Assembly: GCF_009914755.1 (NCBI RefSeq) | Contig: NC_060932.1 | DNA length: 64,000 nucleotides | Direction: 5' to 3' (one strand) | DNA from: the human T2T-CHM13v2.0 reference genome, Homo sapiens | Shown here: positions 1 to 13,900 of the stretch, one piece after another | Numbering within the stretch: the first letter of the stretch is position 1 | Layout: the number at the start of each line of letters is the position of its first letter | Notes under the pieces: model-generated | The model's input: the letters and a program-made list of their open reading frames with translations, nothing else | Told to the model about the DNA's origin: nothing | Databases searched by the model: none | Translations under genes and position numbers: made by a program

Positions 1-430
1 AAACCCTCAGGGGAAAGAAAAATAGAACAGTGGTTTTCCCTGAGAACTAAATCTCTTTTCAGAAATACAATAAATGTTCAATTTCCTTAATCAGAAAATA
101 AGTTAAAAACATTTAAATACATAGTTAAAATATGTAATAGAGTACTGGAATTCATTTCAAAGTAGCCTGTGTATGTTTTCGTATACCAACAAATGAAAAC
201 AAACTACATATTTTAAAAAGATAAACTCCAGGTTAAGTTTAAATTCAGAGAAAGGTCAAAAAAATTACCAGGATGCCATCAGACTATCCATTTTACAATG
301 TTGTGTGTTTTATAAAATTGCATGTAACTTTTCTGCCAATTAAAAATAGTTCCTTCATAAACCCTTACTATATAGAGCCATAGTTTAATCCAACACTATA
401 CATACATATTTATATGTCATCTACAGATAA

Positions 431-466
431 CATATATATATATATATACACACAGACACATACATA
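431..466. repeat. (TA)n(CA)n microsatellite
   Basis: catatatatatatatatacacacagacaca visible directly. Confidence 0.8.
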
Positions 467-949
467 CTGCTGTTAATCTTTAAGAATTTCTTATGAAGTT
501 GGGTTGTATTCTGAATAAATAAGCTTAAAAATCCACTGAAGGGAACGGGACTGACTTCCCTTGGATTTCTGACCTTTCACTCCTCTTTCGTGCCTCATCT
601 CTGAATCTGAAGGTGTCTGGCTTGACCCAGCCCCCATTTCCCCATCAACTAATAGCTGTCCGTCAGCTTTCAGTCAACCTCCTCACCACATACTTAAATG
701 TACCGTCTTAAAAAAGCATATTCTCATTGTTTCCTGGTGCCATGTTTTTCTTTTATATCTAGAGAGTTTTCTTGAAATTATAGACATGGATAGAGCTGCA
801 TGTCTATACTCATGAAAACAGCAAGTTCACTATGAGGTGTCTCATACTTCCCTTTCTCACAAGGATATGCAGAAACAACCTGTTTGTATCATGTACTGAT
901 TTAAACACAAGCGACAGAATTTAAGAAACTCCTTAAAGTGTTAACATAA

Positions 950-1277
<328 letters not shown>

Positions 1278-1717
1278 CCCTTTCCCTAACTTTAAATACA
1301 ATAATTAAAATGCTACATTTATAAAATCCTTTATGGTTCTCTTTCTCCTTATGCTCATATAACTTCCACCAAAGAGAAGAATCTATTCTTGAATTTCAGA
1401 CTACATTCACAATTTATATATAATTCCAGTGCTCAATAGAGCCAAGCTTGGTAAGTGTTCAGTGAAGTATAGTGATTAAAATTCAGTTTAATTTTCAATG
1501 GATGGAGTGTAAAGTTCAAGGAGGTTAAAAACACAGTGGTAGTGCTGGTAATCTACAAAATGGCTAATATGTGACTTAAAATTCATAAGGAAACTGAAAC
1601 TATAAAATTATCAGCTATACAGAATATGAATACATATTGAGCCACATGATACAATTACATCTGATGCTGCTATAGCTATATAAAATATAATTTTTTAACA
1701 TGAAAGCAGCATTTTAA

Positions 1718-1767
1718 TATTAGGTTGACACAAAAGTAATTGTGAGTTTTACCATTAAAGTAAGGTA
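1718..1767. mobile_element. Made1 (Hsmar1-derived MITE), partial, one arm
   Basis: tattaggttgacacaaaagtaattgtgagttttaccattaaagtaa resembles Made1 ttaggttggtgcaaaagtaattgcggtttttgccatt. Confidence 0.8.
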
Positions 1768-4347
1768 CTAAAATACTAAACATATAACAAAACGTTAGAT
1801 AACATATGCCTATTTTTAGAAAATGATTAAATAAATTCATGAATGGAAACTCAAATTTTAGCTACGAATTCAACATAAAGTGTAGCTTTTTATTAACATA
1901 CCGAACAGTCTATAGCCACTTAAATGGCTAACAAAACCAGCTTGTAACTTGCTGCCACTATCATCTCTGTTTGACTTGGTATAAGATCTGAACAAAGAGC
2001 CAAGTGTGATTATGTGGAATGCTTTCATTTGTGTTTATAAATTTGGCTCTTGGAGTATTTATAGGAAAAACACTTTAAATTACATTCTCAATTGCAGTAT
2101 GTATGTAATAAAGGGAGACTGCTAGGATAACTTCTCTGAAAGTAACAAGCCTCATTTAAAAATACTTGCCCTTCCCTGTATTAACATTATGTCCATATAT
2201 GAAATAAGATTGCTATATTGTTATAACTATTTACTGACAGTTGTTAAAGTTGAGCTATGGACACATTACTTTCCATAAACATCACTCTACTGTTTTTATG
2301 TTTGAACATTTTCCTAATTTTTTTTTAAAAAACACCAACCGTATTAGCAAACTTCTGAGCATCTCAGTTTAGACGTGCAAAGGAAATTATTCCCCATGCC
2401 AAGCTTCGTCTGTCTCTGTAAACGCAGTATACACACTAACACACACACACAATTAAGCAGTCGATGGCACAAGTGTGCAAGCCACATTTTGAAACACTTA
2501 TATTTAGTGTAAAAAGCCAACTGCTTCAAACAAGTCATGAAGAAACACACAGTCACACACAAGACTAGACAGATACAGGTGGCAAACGGACATCTCAACA
2601 GAATGTCAAGTATCTTCCTGGATTCTGAATCACCATTAAATGTGAATTTTTGGCACTATTGTCCTTGGATAAGATTCCAAGTCCCAGTAGCCCATTTAAT
2701 AGCGTTTTTTCATGAGCAGGAATACTGACTTTATTACTCAATGTCAATACAGTGTGGTTAGTGCAACTTTAGCAATGTATCCTCTAATACACTGATTCTG
2801 CAGACACGGTTTTATTGCCCTAAACAAATAGACTCAATGAAAGGATAAATGCTTAACTTTGGATGTGGTAACTCATTCGAGTATCTTAACCCTGTTCAAC
2901 TTATAATTAGCCAACTTTGAATGTGCATTTTCTTCTATTTGTCATTCATTGCAATTTTCAATGCAGCATTTCTAATGAAGAAAAAAAATAAAACTCTACG
3001 TAAGATATGGAGGAGGCCAGGAGTGTTGGATTATGTCTTTTTGATGATAAAAAGACTGAGTGCTTGCCTGCAGCAGCTCACTGTCAGTAAAAATGAATCT
3101 GAAGCAGATGCCAACTGCGTCAAAAGCTTGTGTTCTATACATTTTTTATTAAGCAAAGATACAAATCACAAGAAAAGTACATAGGGGCAAGAACATCAAA
3201 GGATACTGGTGTTTCAAACAGAAACACAGGGGCCTATCTGCTGCTTCCTTCCCAGCCTAGAACACAGTGAACTCATAGCTAGAACGCTGAGCGTTAACTA
3301 ACGCGTTGAAAATAAATAACTCTGTTTTGTATGCTCTCTTCATTACACCGTACACTTCAAATGTAAATATTCTGAATTATTTAGAAGTACGCTTAAAAGA
3401 AGATTTTACCATGGCCTATTTCTTAAGCAAGCATAGGCCAATCAAAGGTTACTTTCTCTCTTTAGGCATATAGTTAGCTTTGTATATTGCAGTATTTGAT
3501 ATTAGCACGTTTTTATAATGTAGTATATAATAAGCTTTGAAAGAGAGTGGATATGTTACCACGTTCTGAAAAAATAATTTCTAATAAATAATAATTGAAT
3601 AGACACGACATGTTTTCTTCAGTTGTCTAGAATCTGACAATTAAATTTTAGTACCGAAATGTGCGACCGGATACCAATCTGAGCACTTGCATACATCACT
3701 GTTTCAGTATATCCTCCACATTTCACAGAAAAATTAAAATATACAAGCAAATTGTTTACAGTGCCCACATTTGCATATCAACACTGTTAGAACTTGAGAC
3801 TGCAGCTATGCTGGGAAAAATGGGTACTGTTTGAAGGTAAACCTATGTTGATAATAACTTTGTAAATAAATTTTAAGGCTTGTGTGAATCAGCTCACAAA
3901 ATGCTAACCTTGTCTAGATGAGCACAGCTCTATAGCAATACCGTGTAAGCCATAAATATAATTGTACTTTCCTAGTACCCATATTTTTAAAAACATGTTA
4001 CTATATATAAAATATTATTTGAACGTATGTTAAAATTTTCAAAAATGTATAAATTATAAGACTTTTATCTTCATTTCTTCTACTTCCTGTAAACATACAG
4101 CATTAGAAATACTTTTTTGGTAATTAGTTGTCATGGAAGTTGCAATTGCAAAAGTAGATATACATATCCACGTTTTTTCCAAACACACTTGAAAGTTTCC
4201 CAGTAATAGAATAAAGTAGTGGTTTTTAAATGTATTAAAATTAAGTGAGTTTTAAAATTCTGTTCCTTGGTCTCTCTGGCTTCATGTGTTCACCTTCCAA
4301 GGCAGAGGCTGCCCCAGAGGTGTACCAGGATGGTATGAGGCCTCTGC

Positions 4348-4365
4348 TGGCCCCTAGGTGGCACT
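4348..4365 (+). promoter_or_regulatory. Candidate CTCF binding motif
   Basis: TGGCCCCTAGGTGGCACT matches core CCASYAGRKGGCRS at 13 of 14 positions; it lies in a GC-rich pocket within AT-rich DNA. Confidence 0.45.
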
Positions 4366-5474
4366 CAGCCCTCGGGAGCACCTGACCCACTGATGGTTTT
4401 CAGGTCAAATGTAAATAAAATGGACCTGGAAATATAAAAGTGGAAAATACTTTGCTACCTTAAGTATGATCTCAGGGAATTAAAATAACCTCTCGACAGC
4501 ATTATGGGAAAATAGAAGGTAGAGATATGAAAACCTGATAGTAACTGCGAGAACAGGTGGTCCCAGGCCCACAGAGTAAGATGACGGCATAAGGTCTTTG
4601 CATAAACCAGTGGTTTTTCACCAAAAAACAGCTTTAAATTATCATGTCTAAAGCTATGAAATTAACACTTCAGAAGGAAACAATTTGAGACTGGCACACT
4701 CCAACCTTCTGTTTCAAATTTCTGAAGTTTTACTGAAATATCTTATGCATTGAAGCTCACATTAAAGGTCCTTTAAAATGTTGTGACAAATGAGACTGTT
4801 CTTTTTCTGTTTTTTGAATCTAAGAAGTATGTATAGCCAAAAGTTAAAGCTTTTAACTTTTATGTTGGGCTTTCTTACTTGACATATAATTCTATATAGT
4901 AACATCTATATGTGATAACATATACATACAAGTCATTTTTTGTATAAACATTAAACGGAATCAATGTAATGTCTCTACTTGTTTTCAAAATACATAAAGG
5001 AATAAAGTGATAACTGTATTAAAACTTAATCTTATTACATTGTAAAACACTGATTTTCTAGAGCTGCCTCATAAACACACCTAACATGCATTAAAAAAAT
5101 GTTTTGCAAATGACAAGGCAAAGGCTTATAAAGGTTAAGTGACGTTTTGATGACATAGATGCTGGTGAATGTGCCTGTTAGGGCTTGATCAGGTTTACCA
5201 ATTGCAAATGCATTCAACTATAGCAAGGTGAATTCATGTTCTCTTGAGATGTGATTAGCCTTTGTTATAAACACTTTCCCTGGGTTGTAGCACATTGTAG
5301 CATCCAAGGGAAAACATTCTTTTATTAATCCAAGAGTATTTTTAATTATGTAAACTTTAAAGTTATACAATATTGCTCAAATACGATTTCAAAATAACTT
5401 CTGAAGTCACGTTTTGATCAATAGTGATTTTTTGTGAAAATAAACAGAAACATAAAATCTTACAACTGCATGCA

Positions 5475-5585
5475 AAGGTGAATATAATCCATGTGAACCT
5501 GTCATTTTACAGATAGAACTGATGAAGCTCAGGAACACTGGAGCACGCCCAAGGGTCAAGATCATAACACAGATCTTCTGGCCAC
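5475..5585 (-). mobile_element. MIR fragment
   Basis: tcattttacagatagaactgatgaagctcag...cccaagggtcaag resembles the MIR core (cattttacagatgaggaaactgaggctcag). Confidence 0.6.
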
Positions 5586-6732
5586 TGGACAAGAGGGCTC
5601 TCTTCTTCATTTTCTCGGACTCATTAGCACATCAACATCCCAAGGATGTCCTCTTCTCCAAGCAAGGTCCTATTGCCAGAGGACGGAATGGTGCCATTTT
5701 TGCTTATTTAATTTAGTATGACATCGTTATCTCCCTCTAAGCTTTGCGTTTGTAAAGCAACTAATGTGTAATGTGTTTTTCTATGCAGCACCATAAAATT
5801 ATCTTAAATGAATTGATCTTAGAAGATTACAGTCAGGGAGAAAGGTAATTAGTATATTGTATGCATTCACCTTTTCAGTTTTATTTATTTGAATACCAGT
5901 TAGGAACTGAGTTGGCTGTGACAGCATCCTAACAACTCATTTATAATCGGAACAATTTTAATTACTTGTAGCAATAGTATGTTTAAATGGTAGTATTTTG
6001 AGAGCTTTTTATAGTAATTACACTTCATAATGGAGTCGGGTATATATCAGATTCAACAAGCATCATTCAGAATCTGACAAACGTTCATTTTCTAAAGATC
6101 ATAATTATATTTTACATTAATGGTTGAACTTACCACAGTTCATTGCTGTATAAACATTTTAATGTCAAATCTGACCCTACACTTTTCAGTCTCATATATT
6201 CTTACTATTTCTACTGCACATTAGTCATTCTGCCTGCATTGTATCCCTTTGATTATATTTTCATTTAAAAAAAATGCCTGATAGTTAGAAACAGACTGTT
6301 TTTAAGGTCAACATCCTGTTTTTTAGCAGACTTTAGAAATTACTACCAGTAATCATGGATAAAAACACTCAATTGTTGGTTTTGTGAAGGTACGTTGAGA
6401 GTCTTTTTTACAACATTTAAAAATTATATATGAATATGATTTTTCTAAATTTAAAGTATCCACTATCCTTTTGCAAACAGTTTAGATGAAGACTTTTAAT
6501 GCACATTTTCCATCTGTGACATTTGATTTTGTTTATTGATTTGTAGCTTCAGTTCTCCTTCACTGCTGCCCTGTATAAATGCGAACATCTTTGCCATCTG
6601 AAAAGGGTATGTGTGCCATGAAGTGAATTAATTCTAAGAACACATTCTTTTCATCTGGGTACAGGATTTCCAAATGCAAATTATCTCTTGCATTTTTACT
6701 CCCACTTTGTACCAATATATTTTGCTTTTGTC

Positions 6733-6773
6733 CAATCATTTTATAGAACTAAGGACAATCATTTTATAGAACT
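6733..6773. repeat. Local tandem micro-duplication of caatcattttatagaact (period 23)
   Basis: Two exact 18-bp copies at 6733-6750 and 6756-6773. Confidence 0.9.
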
Positions 6774-7180
6774 CAAGTTATATATGTCGTATAGTTAAAA
6801 GTCTTCAACATGTAATTTAGGAAACCCAGGTCCTTGGGGACACGAAACTTTCCCAAGAAATGTGGGTAGAGATGGACAAAACCCAACAGACACACCTCAG
6901 TTTTCCACATTCACTTAGGTTTTTGAGAAGCACACACTTTTTATTCTTTTTAACTCCTCAAGGAATGCATGAATGTTTTATCATATTAAAATTCTGGACA
7001 TGAACCAAAAGGAGAATAAAAAAAAAATCCGCTTTACCCACCTATAAAATCCTACTCTGCCCCAGAAGCATGGCTAACAGTTTGATGTGCTGACCTCCAG
7101 GTCTTTCTCCATGTCTTATACATACATTTTCATCCTAGAATGTTTGCAAATCTGGACACACCATTATTAACAATAAGTTT

Positions 7181-7620
7181 GGCCAGGCGTGGTGGCTCAC
7201 ACTTGTAATCGTAGCACTTTGGGAGGCCGAGGAAGGTGAATCACTTGAGGTCAGGAATTCGAAACCAGGCTGGCCATCATTGTGAAACCTGGTCTCTACT
7301 AAAAATACAAAAATTAGCTAGGCATGGTGGCTCACACCTGTAATCCTAGCATTTTGGGAGGCCGAGAAGGGTGGATCACCTGAGGTCAGGAGTTCCAGAC
7401 CAGGCTGGCCAACATGGTGAAACCCTATCTCTACTAAAAATACAAAAATTAGCTGGGCGTGGTGGCACGTGCCTGTAATGTTAGCTGCTCGCGAGGCTGA
7501 GACACAAGAATTGCTTGAACCCAGGAGGCGGAGGTTGCCGTGAGCCGAGATCCTGCCAATGCACTCCAGCCTGGGGGACAAGAGAGAAACTACAACCCCC
7601 CCCACCCACCCTCCCCAAAA
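7181..7620 (+). mobile_element. Trimeric AluS (left-left-right arms), AluSq-like right end
   Basis: Left monomer plus A-linker occurs twice (7181-7315, 7316-7450), then a right monomer; tail is C-rich rather than poly-A. Confidence 0.95.
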
Positions 7621-8149
7621 AGAGAAAGGTTGTTCTTCAGGAGAGACAAACACTGCGGGAGGGTACCTCCACTCCGTGTTCCCTCCCCGTCACCATGTGG
7701 CTTTCTGTTTCCACATGTTGCTTTTGCGCACCATGCCTTCCCATATGGTATAGGTTCTTGCGCGACACACTTGCATATGCCAGCCCCAACGTTTATTGGG
7801 CAGTCTAAGCAAAATATTTACATTCTCGTCAGGCAAAGATGGTAAAACTCACAGCAACTGTTCTCCAAGGGTGGACTCAGGACTCCTGGAGGATCCCCAC
7901 AACACTCTTGACAGATATAAAACACTAAAATTTGGATTTCTACGACTCCCAGGAGGGTAACTCCATGTGTCAGATGATAGCCTTCTTCTAACCACTTGCC
8001 TGGCTCTTTCCAAAAACCACACATATTTTACAAACTTCAATATATGTGGCCGTGTTCAAAAACAAAACAAAACAAAGAAACAAAAACAAAAAAAAACTAG
8101 TTTAAAAAACACTTTTCTGTCTCCTCCTTTCCTGAATTCAGTTTCAGGA

Positions 8150-8335
8150 CGCACCAGTTAATTACCTGTAAGACCTTGGGCAAAGTAACCTCACCTCACC
8201 TCGCCTCACCATGCCTCGGTTCCTTTATTTGTAAAATGGGGATAATAATGGTGTCCACACCATAAAACTGTTGTAAGCATAACACAATAGTCAGAATGAT
8301 GCCTAGTGTGTAGGAAAGATTTGCTATTATTATGA
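8150..8335 (+). mobile_element. MIR
   Basis: ctgtaagaccttgggcaaagtaacc...cctcggttcctttatttgtaaaatggggataataatg is a typical MIR core; contains a short (CCTCA)n expansion. Confidence 0.8.
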
Positions 8336-10885
8336 ATGCTAATGAGAAAAGTCCTTTTAACTTACAGATATTTTGGTTGTCCACAAGTTTTACTCCATGA
8401 ATTTTATGTTTTTGTATGTCAAGGAGTGTGTTAAAATTCAAACTGCTTGTATACAATCCGGTTTCATCATACAGCAGGCCGACTGTAGCCTTAAATGCCA
8501 TTTCGTTCTTGCTTAAATAATCAAATTACTCTCTGAAGCCATGTGCAGTCCTTTACTTTATATTTCATTTAGAACTCCCATCTGAAACTGCAGCCTTTCT
8601 ATTCTAGAGGGAAATGAATTTGTGGCCATGAATCTTGAACCACATTTCTCATAAGAAACACCTAGACAAGGGTATTAGTTCAGAATTATGAAATAATATA
8701 GAAAAAAAGTGGGCTTTTCCAAATATAAAGAGGATGAAGACAGATCTCTTGTTTTCGGATATCAGGGCTTTCTCTCCATGGATGAGGGCAGGTTTCGCTA
8801 ATGCTGATTTTGGACCAGGCAGCTGGGAAATTTGATTTCCTGAGCATTGCCCTAAATGGAATAGCACAGATGGTTGGTCTTTGCTTTTCTTGAATGGCAG
8901 TGGTGTAGGAAGAATGGAGCTTTCCAGAACTAGTAAAACAGTCAGGGCCACAGGCTTCTCATCCTGTTAGGAACTTCAGAGGTCAAAATAGCTTTGTTAA
9001 GACATGCAGGCTCTGCTTCTTCTCCAGGTGTCCCTCTAATTTCACAGAAGATCATGTGTCCTTGGCTATTTTAATCAGGAACAAAATCTACTTGTGGTCT
9101 CTTCCAGCCTGGAAAGTAATCCAACTGAAGTATTTTAAATACCATCTGCACAAACCTTTTAAGTGGCTATGATATATCCGCAATGCTATAATTACACGTA
9201 TGCAGTGAGTCACCTTTACCTCTGACAGCAAGCAGGTTTGTAAAAAGCTCTCTCTGCCTTGGCTTAGTGGAATTTGTAGTTACATCCCTAAGTCCGAAAT
9301 ACAGCTGGAGAAATACACATTATTCTTTATGTGACCGTTCACGTTAACGATATGCGCACATAACGTTTTTACGTTCTTTCTGGTACCATAAACAAAAGTC
9401 AAGAGGAGCTCCAGTTTTCTTTTCTCCCGACTGCAAACTCTGTAATTTCTTCTTGCCAAGCTCCATTGCGTCTCTCCGCCATGCTCTCCATGTCTCACTT
9501 GCTTCTACTTAGTGCTATCTGTCCTCAGGGGCCGTTGTTCTTGTCACTTTGGAACATTCTTTTATTTTTAAAAAACAACGTTTTTCCTTCTATGTTAGTT
9601 CAAAACTACAGTCCTTCACCAAGGGCTTCAGTTAACATGAGACAGAGAAAAATCATGGAGAGTATGTTTAGTCGGTTGCAATATGAATTACCCATTGTGC
9701 CTCTTCATTTTAATAAGACGGTTGTGGCACAGGAAGGAAGACACTCTTCTGAGATAATATGGTCTCATCATTAAGAACATGGGCATGATCACGAGGACAC
9801 CCAAAACCAGCACCTGATAGCCTCATCTATTAGGTTTGGGAACACCACTTGACCTCGAAGAAAGGTTTATCCTCCAAGAAAGGGGATAGCAATCATACTG
9901 ATTTTGTAGGGCCACAGTGGAAATCAAACAAGAGAATGTATGCAGCTCACACGGTAGACTCCCCAGCATCTGATACTTGATAAATATTAGTTTTCTTTCC
10001 CATCGCCTGTTTGGCTGAGAATGTTTCCTAGAAAACCAAAAGTTGATCTTTCAGTTGCTGTTGCTGTTTGTTATTAGGAGATGTGCACTAATTACACTTG
10101 AGGCCACTTCATTCCATTGTGGCCAAGGAGTTGATTCAAATGAATCAGTTTTGTTATTGGATAGGAGTCAATAACAATTCCATAGAGGCAGCTGAAGGAG
10201 GCTGACATCCACGCCAAGTAAAGAAAAAGGGCTAAGTTTCACTTGAAAAATAACAAACTTCATTTAGAGAATGATTGTACACTAAGGCTTAGTAACTTGA
10301 GAGAACAAAAAAGAGTTTCAATCTACTTCACACAAAACAAACAAGGGTTCTTCAACACCTAGTCTGTTAATGTGGAACTATGTGGACAGATTCTGTGTAA
10401 TTTAGAACTAAACAGTTTAATTTTACTCACATAGCTAATTAGATATCTTGCCTCTATTTCCTGGCAAGTTCTAAAAGATTCCCCCTCACATTCCTTGAAT
10501 ATAATTAGTATTTTTGTGTAACTCTTTATTTTCAGATAAATCAAGCACATCTGGAGAAGTTACTTTAATGATACTTTTTAAGAAAGCACACAATCTAGAG
10601 GAACAATGTAATGGAACAACATCCCATGATTTCCACCAGAAGGTTTCTTTCTAACTACCCTTTCTTACGTCCAATATTGAGTAATATTAGAAATGACAAG
10701 CCCAGGAAACTTACTTTACATTCTAAGACTTAATATTTACACCACACATGTTGCAGCTTCCCATTATCGTTATAGATAACAAAGAGGGGGGACTAATGTC
10801 TGCAAGCTTTTATTACCTTCCAGGGACCAGGTTAAGTACTTTACATAACCTTAATTAAATGCTGGCTGCAGTCTCGTCATAGGTG

Positions 10886-10887
<2 letters not shown>

Positions 10888-10921
<34 letters not shown>
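10888..10921. repeat. (ATT)n microsatellite
   Basis: About 11 perfect ATT units. Confidence 0.95.
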
Positions 10922-10922
<1 letters not shown>

Positions 10923-13900
10923 TACTTTGTAAGTGTATGAAAGAGAGGGTTAGCAAGTTACACAACATCACACAAATAGCCACTGAAAGTGGACCCGGTC
11001 GGTTGAGCGAGTTGGACTCATACTATCTCTCCTCCAACCTCTCTGTGGCCCACTGAATGCATTTAGTGGGAGAAGTGCCTCCCCTGTTCCTAGGTGAAAA
11101 CAAGGGCAGTCTCAGGACATCCCAGGTTGCTCTTAAGCCATCACATATCTATGGTCATGTTTAGTTGCAAAACTTTTCTCCAGATAGCAAATCCCAAGAC
11201 AATATGATAATAAAATTAAGGTTTGATTTAAAGTTAAACTTCTGCCTTTTTTAGCTGCAACCATCAAAAGACAGAAAGCTAAAACAAGGAGGATATAAAA
11301 CTTCTTTACTTTTACTGAGCCTTAGTTTTACTTATTTTGCTAGCCATGCTTTCTGTTCCTGCAGCATTAAAGTTTGACTGAGAAAAGAAAACACTAGAGA
11401 GTAGAACACTTTTCTTTTTTACTGGTACTGCAGTGGATGGATTCGTCCACTCAGGGCCTGGCAGTGCTGGGTGCCTTCATGAGTTTCTGACATGCCCCCA
11501 CTGGGAACAGTAAGCTCCCTTTCCTAAGGTACTATTTTTGGGGCCACCCTGAAGGGCTCCCTTCACCCTTCAATTTTCTTAAGCAAACCTTAATGATTCC
11601 AGAGAGGCTATCTTACAAGAATGACCTACAAATATCTCAGGCTTGTTCACACAAACTCAGGAAATTCAATTCAATGCTGTAGCCATTTCTCCTGTACTGC
11701 TGACGATGAGGCTATGGGTAATCCCACTCTGCCTTTAGGTTTACCCAGTAGTAGCAGATACCACATCCTGTCCTTATGACTTGTCCTTCTAAGTGAATGG
11801 ATGCAAGTTCAGCTCTACGCATGCAGCTGGAGTTCCTGCCACTGGGTTCAAGGTGAAGGATGTTGCCACCAACTCTGCCGCCCTCCCCAATAAAATTCCT
11901 TTTCAACATTTGTAACCTCGTTGTAGAGTCTTCTAGTGGATTTTTAAGCAAATCTATGATTCCAAGATCTCTCAGATGGTCAACCTCCCAACTCTAAGAT
12001 CTGATACCTGTCAGGTCTACGTAGCAGCCAACATTGAGCAAAATCAAGTCCCATTACGTCAGTAAAGCACTAATATAGGATACCAGTATGCTATGAATTA
12101 TTTTAAGAGTAAATATTAGTTACTTAACAACTACTTTTAAAGTCCTCATTCCATATATAACATTAAATTACACTAATAGTGTGGCAGCTGTAAAAATGGT
12201 GATACGTGCATAAAAATAATTTAAAAACACAGCACCATCTTTCAAGCTATCTGTTCAAGCAATGACTGTCATAATGAGCATAAAAACAGTGCACATATGG
12301 ATGAAAATAAAATTATATTTGGTGTAACAGCAAAAGAAAAATTTTACAAAATGAATTAACTAGTTCCAGTTCTTCTAACACCCGTTCTAAGACAGTGTAT
12401 ATTATATAACAGTTTATCGGACAAATACTCTTTACCAGTTTCTAGATACCTGTCGGTCATTTCTCATATTGTTATTCAACTGTTTTCCCTGGAAGCCTCT
12501 TTAGGCTAATTTGCCTACATAATTTCACCCATTATATATGAGATTGCTATCAGGTAACTCCCATACATTTAAAATACATTTAACTTTTCTTATAGGTAAG
12601 ATAGATTAACATCGATCAATTAGTTAAAGTAGAGGGAGCCAGGGCTCGAAAATGCCTGTGTTTCTCCTATTTTTTGCACAAACACTCTAAATGACTCCAT
12701 CAAGTCCAGTAGTAGCCAGATTTGGACCACATAAACTGAGTTCTGTCCACTGTCAGTATGAGCAAGATGTAACACTTTCAGATCTGACACGTGTCTCCCA
12801 CTCAGAATTCATCACATTTTGTCCAGGTCTGGCAGTGACGATGGTGCCGTGGATGATGGTGGGGATCTGCTGGACGGAGTAGAGCAGCTGTCCATGGTCC
12901 TGAGTAACATGTGCTCAAGACATGAGCAAAACTTTCAGCTTTGCTTTCTTCAGCTACTGAGATTTTGCTACTGGGTAATGCATTGTGAATAAAACATCTC
13001 CACCGTACTGGAAGCACCATAGTTAAAAGGAGGTATCCACCTTTGTCTGCCATGTGTTCACAAACTAATCTAATGTCTGGCTCAGAGTAGATATTCAAAG
13101 TGTATTTGCTACAAACAAGAAATGAAAACAGGAATGAATCAAATGGTACCTCTGAGTGCAAGTGAGTAATTAGAATCATTATTGACCTCTTCTTGAGAGG
13201 AGACTCATTATTTCATTCAGCTTGTATATTTAAGGAATGTGTTATGTGCTAAGCACTCTGTGCACTGCAACTGTTAAGGTTTAACCAGAACCAACAACTG
13301 CAAATTCAGCACGGTCTTTTTTATAGTGGCATACAGATGTGCAACAAAACCAAACGGAATCAAATACAAACAGGCAGGGAGTGGTGAGGAAATGCTTCCC
13401 AGGTAAAGCAGAGTTGCGTGGACTTTTGAAAGAATCAGTCAAAGGAAACACACTTGTATGTGTGTCTGCAAAAACCCATGTGTTTAGGCCCGAGGGTGAT
13501 GTTTGTTAGAAGAAAAGCATGGTTTTCACATATGTCTACAGATGTGAAATTTCAGATGGTCGTGTTTGAATTTCTACACAGTAATGCTCTATGACATCTG
13601 AATGGAGGGAGAGAAGCCCAAAGACGTAGGAAGTGGTAAACACAGATCAGAAAGGTCTCTAACATGAGATTTGAACTTCCATGCTGTTCTATGGGCAATT
13701 TTAAACAAGGGTCAGGGACACTGCATCTTTCATAGCATGAGAAAAAAAGGACAGATGATGTTTCTCTGAGTTATGGGGGAAAACAAAGATGAAGAAGGGC
13801 CATTCATAGCTTTTCTGTCTCCCATGCTTCATACAATTTACCAAGGACAGGTAGATGCTGTATTTAGGAAAGATTCCTTGTGAGAAGTATATTCATAATT

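Noticed and set aside
12802-13179. 125-aa ORF with His-rich end (DPHHHPRHHRHC)
   Set aside because: Non-ATG start, no recognisable family, and the His run comes from a degenerate CAT/CAC repeat.
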